64,000 bases of DNA from Raja brachyura (lineage: Eukaryota). Of the stretch, positions 61,090 to 64,000 are shown piece after piece. Under the pieces are notes generated by a model. That model worked only from the letters and a program-made list of their open reading frames with translations. It was not told where the DNA came from and searched no databases. The translations under genes were made by a program, and so were the position numbers. The stretch spans positions 5,642,001 through 5,706,000 of the forward strand of contig OY740811.1 in the NCBI GenBank assembly GCA_963514005.1, written 5' to 3'. Position 1 is the first letter of the stretch. Each line of letters begins with the position of its first letter.

Positions 61090-61392
61090 TAGGTTAGTTC
61101 AGAGGCACCGTGCAGAAATAGGCCCTTCGGCCCATTGAGTCCGTGCTGACCGTCGATCCCTGGACGCTAACACTATTCTACACACTAGGGACCATTCACA
61201 ATTTACCAAAGCCAATCAACCAACAAACCTGCACGTCTTTGGAGTGTGGGAGGAAACCGGAGCACCTGGAGAAAACCCACGCAGGTCACGTGGAGAACAG
61301 ACAAACTTCTTACAGACAACACCTGTAGTCAGGATCGAACCCGGGTCTCTGGCATTGTAAGGCAGTAATTCTGCCACTGCACCACCATGCTG
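61090..61392 (-). mobile_element. Full-length HE1/V-SINE
   Basis: A/B boxes, V-domain and tail as in 55790-56090. Confidence 0.9.
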
Positions 61393-62554
61393 ACCTTCTT
61401 CAAGATTAGAAGCAATATCGCAAAATATCCTACTGGGGATCAAGTAAAAGCAAATCAGTTTACAGCAACTGACCCTTCCAGTGTTATTATAGTCTAGGTT
61501 TTTGGGAGGTGCTCGAGTGAAGGATTGAGGGTCGGAACTGCTTGATGCACATGCAGGGTTAATGAAGGGAAGCTTATCGGATTGTCCTGTTCTTGCTGTG
61601 AAATCCTGTAGAACGACCATTTGTCTCCACGCTTTGTGGGCAGTGCGGCAGAATGTGATCACAGTAATGTGGGCCAGATGCCCCCTCGCTCCTTGTCCAA
61701 ACACATTAAAGCCCTCCTTTAATTGCCCAATACTTGAGCAGCACACTAGAAACCTGGCACCAGAAACAAGCTGCCCATCATGAAAACGAAACGGGGAGAT
61801 ACACTGAGAGAAGGAATCAGAAATACCTAGTTATCATCTTACTTACTGATTGACAAAAGCCAAGAAAGAGCAGAAAAAATAAACACTAACAGAGACTGCT
61901 GTGTGTGAACCAGTCAGCAGGGAATTCTAGTATGTGGCCTTGGTAATCTCATCTCACAGTGGTTTATCTCTCTGTCCTGGATCAGTTATCAGCACTTAGG
62001 CACAGAAAGTGGCAACAAAAATAAAAAGAACAACTCGATTTTAAATGACCTGCAAACGAACGTCAGCTTTGTGGTCTTATATCTGGGTATTTTGGTAACT
62101 TGGTTCTGAGTTGATATTGTTAGTTTTTGAAATCATGTTACCGTAGGCATTTCCGTAGGTGTAAAAAAAAGCAAGAAAAATTAATTTTCTTTACTAAGCT
62201 ACCAAAAAGTTACAGCCTGCCACTGGACGTTCCCAGTCTGATCTACAAAGAGTGGCCTCAGTGAGCATCAGAGGCATCTAATTGCAATTAGAGCTGAAGG
62301 CCGATGAATGAACCAGGTCAGAAAGACAAGCACTGCTGCAAGAGGGAACCAGTGCCACTTTAAGCAGCAGTTGGTGTATGAAAATTGTATCGGCACCTCT
62401 GCCTGCAGATGCTCCCCAGTTGTAGAGCTAAATGATCTACACAGCAGCAGCACAGCTGGAAATGTGGTTTGATCGACTTTATTTCCTTGACTTGGAAACT
62501 CAATGAAAGAGATATAATGCAAGCCAGGGGTACTTGCAAGATAAAAAGGAAAGA

Positions 62555-62640
62555 TATAAAGAGCTGGAGTAACTCAGTGGGCCAGGCAGCATCTCTGGAG
62601 AACATGGATAGGTGACATTTCGGGTCGCAATCCTTCTACA
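62555..62640 (-). mobile_element. PLE terminal fragment
   Basis: GCTGGAGTAACTCAGTGGGCCAGGCAGCATCTCTGGAG...TTTCGGGTC. Confidence 0.7.
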
Positions 62641-62647
62641 TCCTGAT

Positions 62648-62947
62648 TAGTTTAATGTAGTTTACAGATACAGCACAGAAACAGGCCCTTTGGCCCATCG
62701 TGTCCATGTCGACCAGCGCTCCTGCACACTAACACTATCCTACACACCCAAGAGACAATTTACAATTATACCAAGCCAATTAACCTATAAGCCTGTAAGT
62801 CTTTGGAGTGTGGGGGGAAACCAGAGCACCCGGAGTAAACCCACGTACCTCACGGGGAGAACGTACAAACTCCGTACAGACAAGCACTCGTAGTCAGGAG
62901 TGAAGCCAGATCTCTGGCGCTGAAGTCAGCAACTCTGCCGCTGCACC
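62648..62947 (-). mobile_element. HE1/V-SINE
   Basis: GGGGAGAACGTACAAACTCCGTACAGAC; tail GATACAGCACAGAAACAGGCCC. Confidence 0.88.
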
Positions 62948-63321
62948 TGATTGTGGTGGGGGAGGAGAAAGCTGAAAGTAAAGTGGGGCAGGACAAAGCC
63001 AGGCCAGTGATTGGTGGATCTCGAGGAGGGGAGCTCTTGATAAATTACCATTGATAAACATGACGCCAGCATTGGCCAGAGTGATCAGTGACATCAATGA
63101 AGCTCCCACTGGCAAAAAATTATTTTTCATACAGATGATAGAAAGAATGACAACTAAAGTTGGCAATTTTCAGTCTTCAATTTTGGTTCCAGTCCTAAAG
63201 TGCCAGGCTGCTATTTTCTTATGCTTTCTCATTTGGAAAATTATATGTTTTAATTACAATCTCCACTGCAATTTGCACAAAACTAGCAGTTAGCTGTGAT
63301 CTTTGACATTGGAGGGAGTCA

Positions 63322-63610
63322 TATACAGTTTATAGTTTACAGTGCGGAAAAGGGCCCCTGGGTCCACTGGGTCCGAGCCGACCAGCGATCTCTGCACACA
63401 CCAGGGCCAATTTACAATTTTTACCGAAACCCATTAACTAACAAGCCTGTACGTCTTGGGAGTGTGGGAGGAACTGGAACACCCGGTGAAAACCCACATA
63501 GGTCACGGGGAGAACGTACTAACTGCGTACAGACAGCACCCGTAGTTAGGATTGAACCCGTTTCTCTGGCTCTGTGAGGCAGCAAATCTACCCATTGTGC
63601 CACTGTACCG
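63322..63610 (-). mobile_element. HE1/V-SINE
   Basis: GGTCACGGGGAGAACGTAC...GTAGTTAGGATTGAACCCG...GCCACTGTACCG. Confidence 0.88.
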
Positions 63611-64000
63611 CTTGTCCTGACCCTAGATTGACAGAGAGAAAGGAAGTAGAGCGGAGGGAGGGAGCTACCACTTCACTGGACAAGAACCAGCATTTTTGAC
63701 GGAGGAGATCCAAACAAGGAGATAGATTCCTGCTGGTGATGACAGGGGAGGAACCAAGAGGCCACATGCGGCCACACCTAGGTATGTGTGACAGGAGGGT
63801 GTGGTGGTGCTGACCCCCCTGTGCCATGCGGAGTGACACATGATGACATTTGGAGCAATGCAGTAAACGTTATCTATGATAACACAAGGAACTACGGACG
63901 CTGGTGTACAAGATAAAACACAACGTTTTGGAAAAAGCTCACCTGAAATGTGAAAATGACAGTCCACAGCTGCTTTAGGTATTTACAGGTCATAGTCAGT

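Overview
Repeat-dense, apparently non-coding (intronic or intergenic) DNA from a eukaryote. It is most likely a cartilaginous fish (skate or ray), inferred from abundant HE1-type V-SINEs and HER1/CR1 LINE 3' ends. No host protein-coding exon could be supported; the recognisable ORFs are decayed retroelement pieces (CR1 RT, RTE C-termini, Gypsy integrase tail). The window also holds many Penelope-like terminal fragments carrying a minimal hammerhead-ribozyme motif, often as fold-back inverted pairs. Other elements: at least six Harbinger/PIF-type MITEs (TAA TSD), a 1-kb DNA transposon with a 7-bp TSD, an internally deleted Gypsy element, a bipartite RTE, Deu-type SINE relics and a cryptic 33-bp hairpin satellite split by a CR1 insertion. 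The most notable signal is a pair of unrelated tiny retroposons (46601-46765 and 21684-21814). Each has a clean TSD and an (AAG)n tail and begins exactly with a minimal, P4-less HDV-like ribozyme fold. The core of the 46601 copy closely resembles the mammalian CPEB3 ribozyme as I recall its sequence. Family names are by pattern recognition, not database search, and ends of decayed repeats are approximate.
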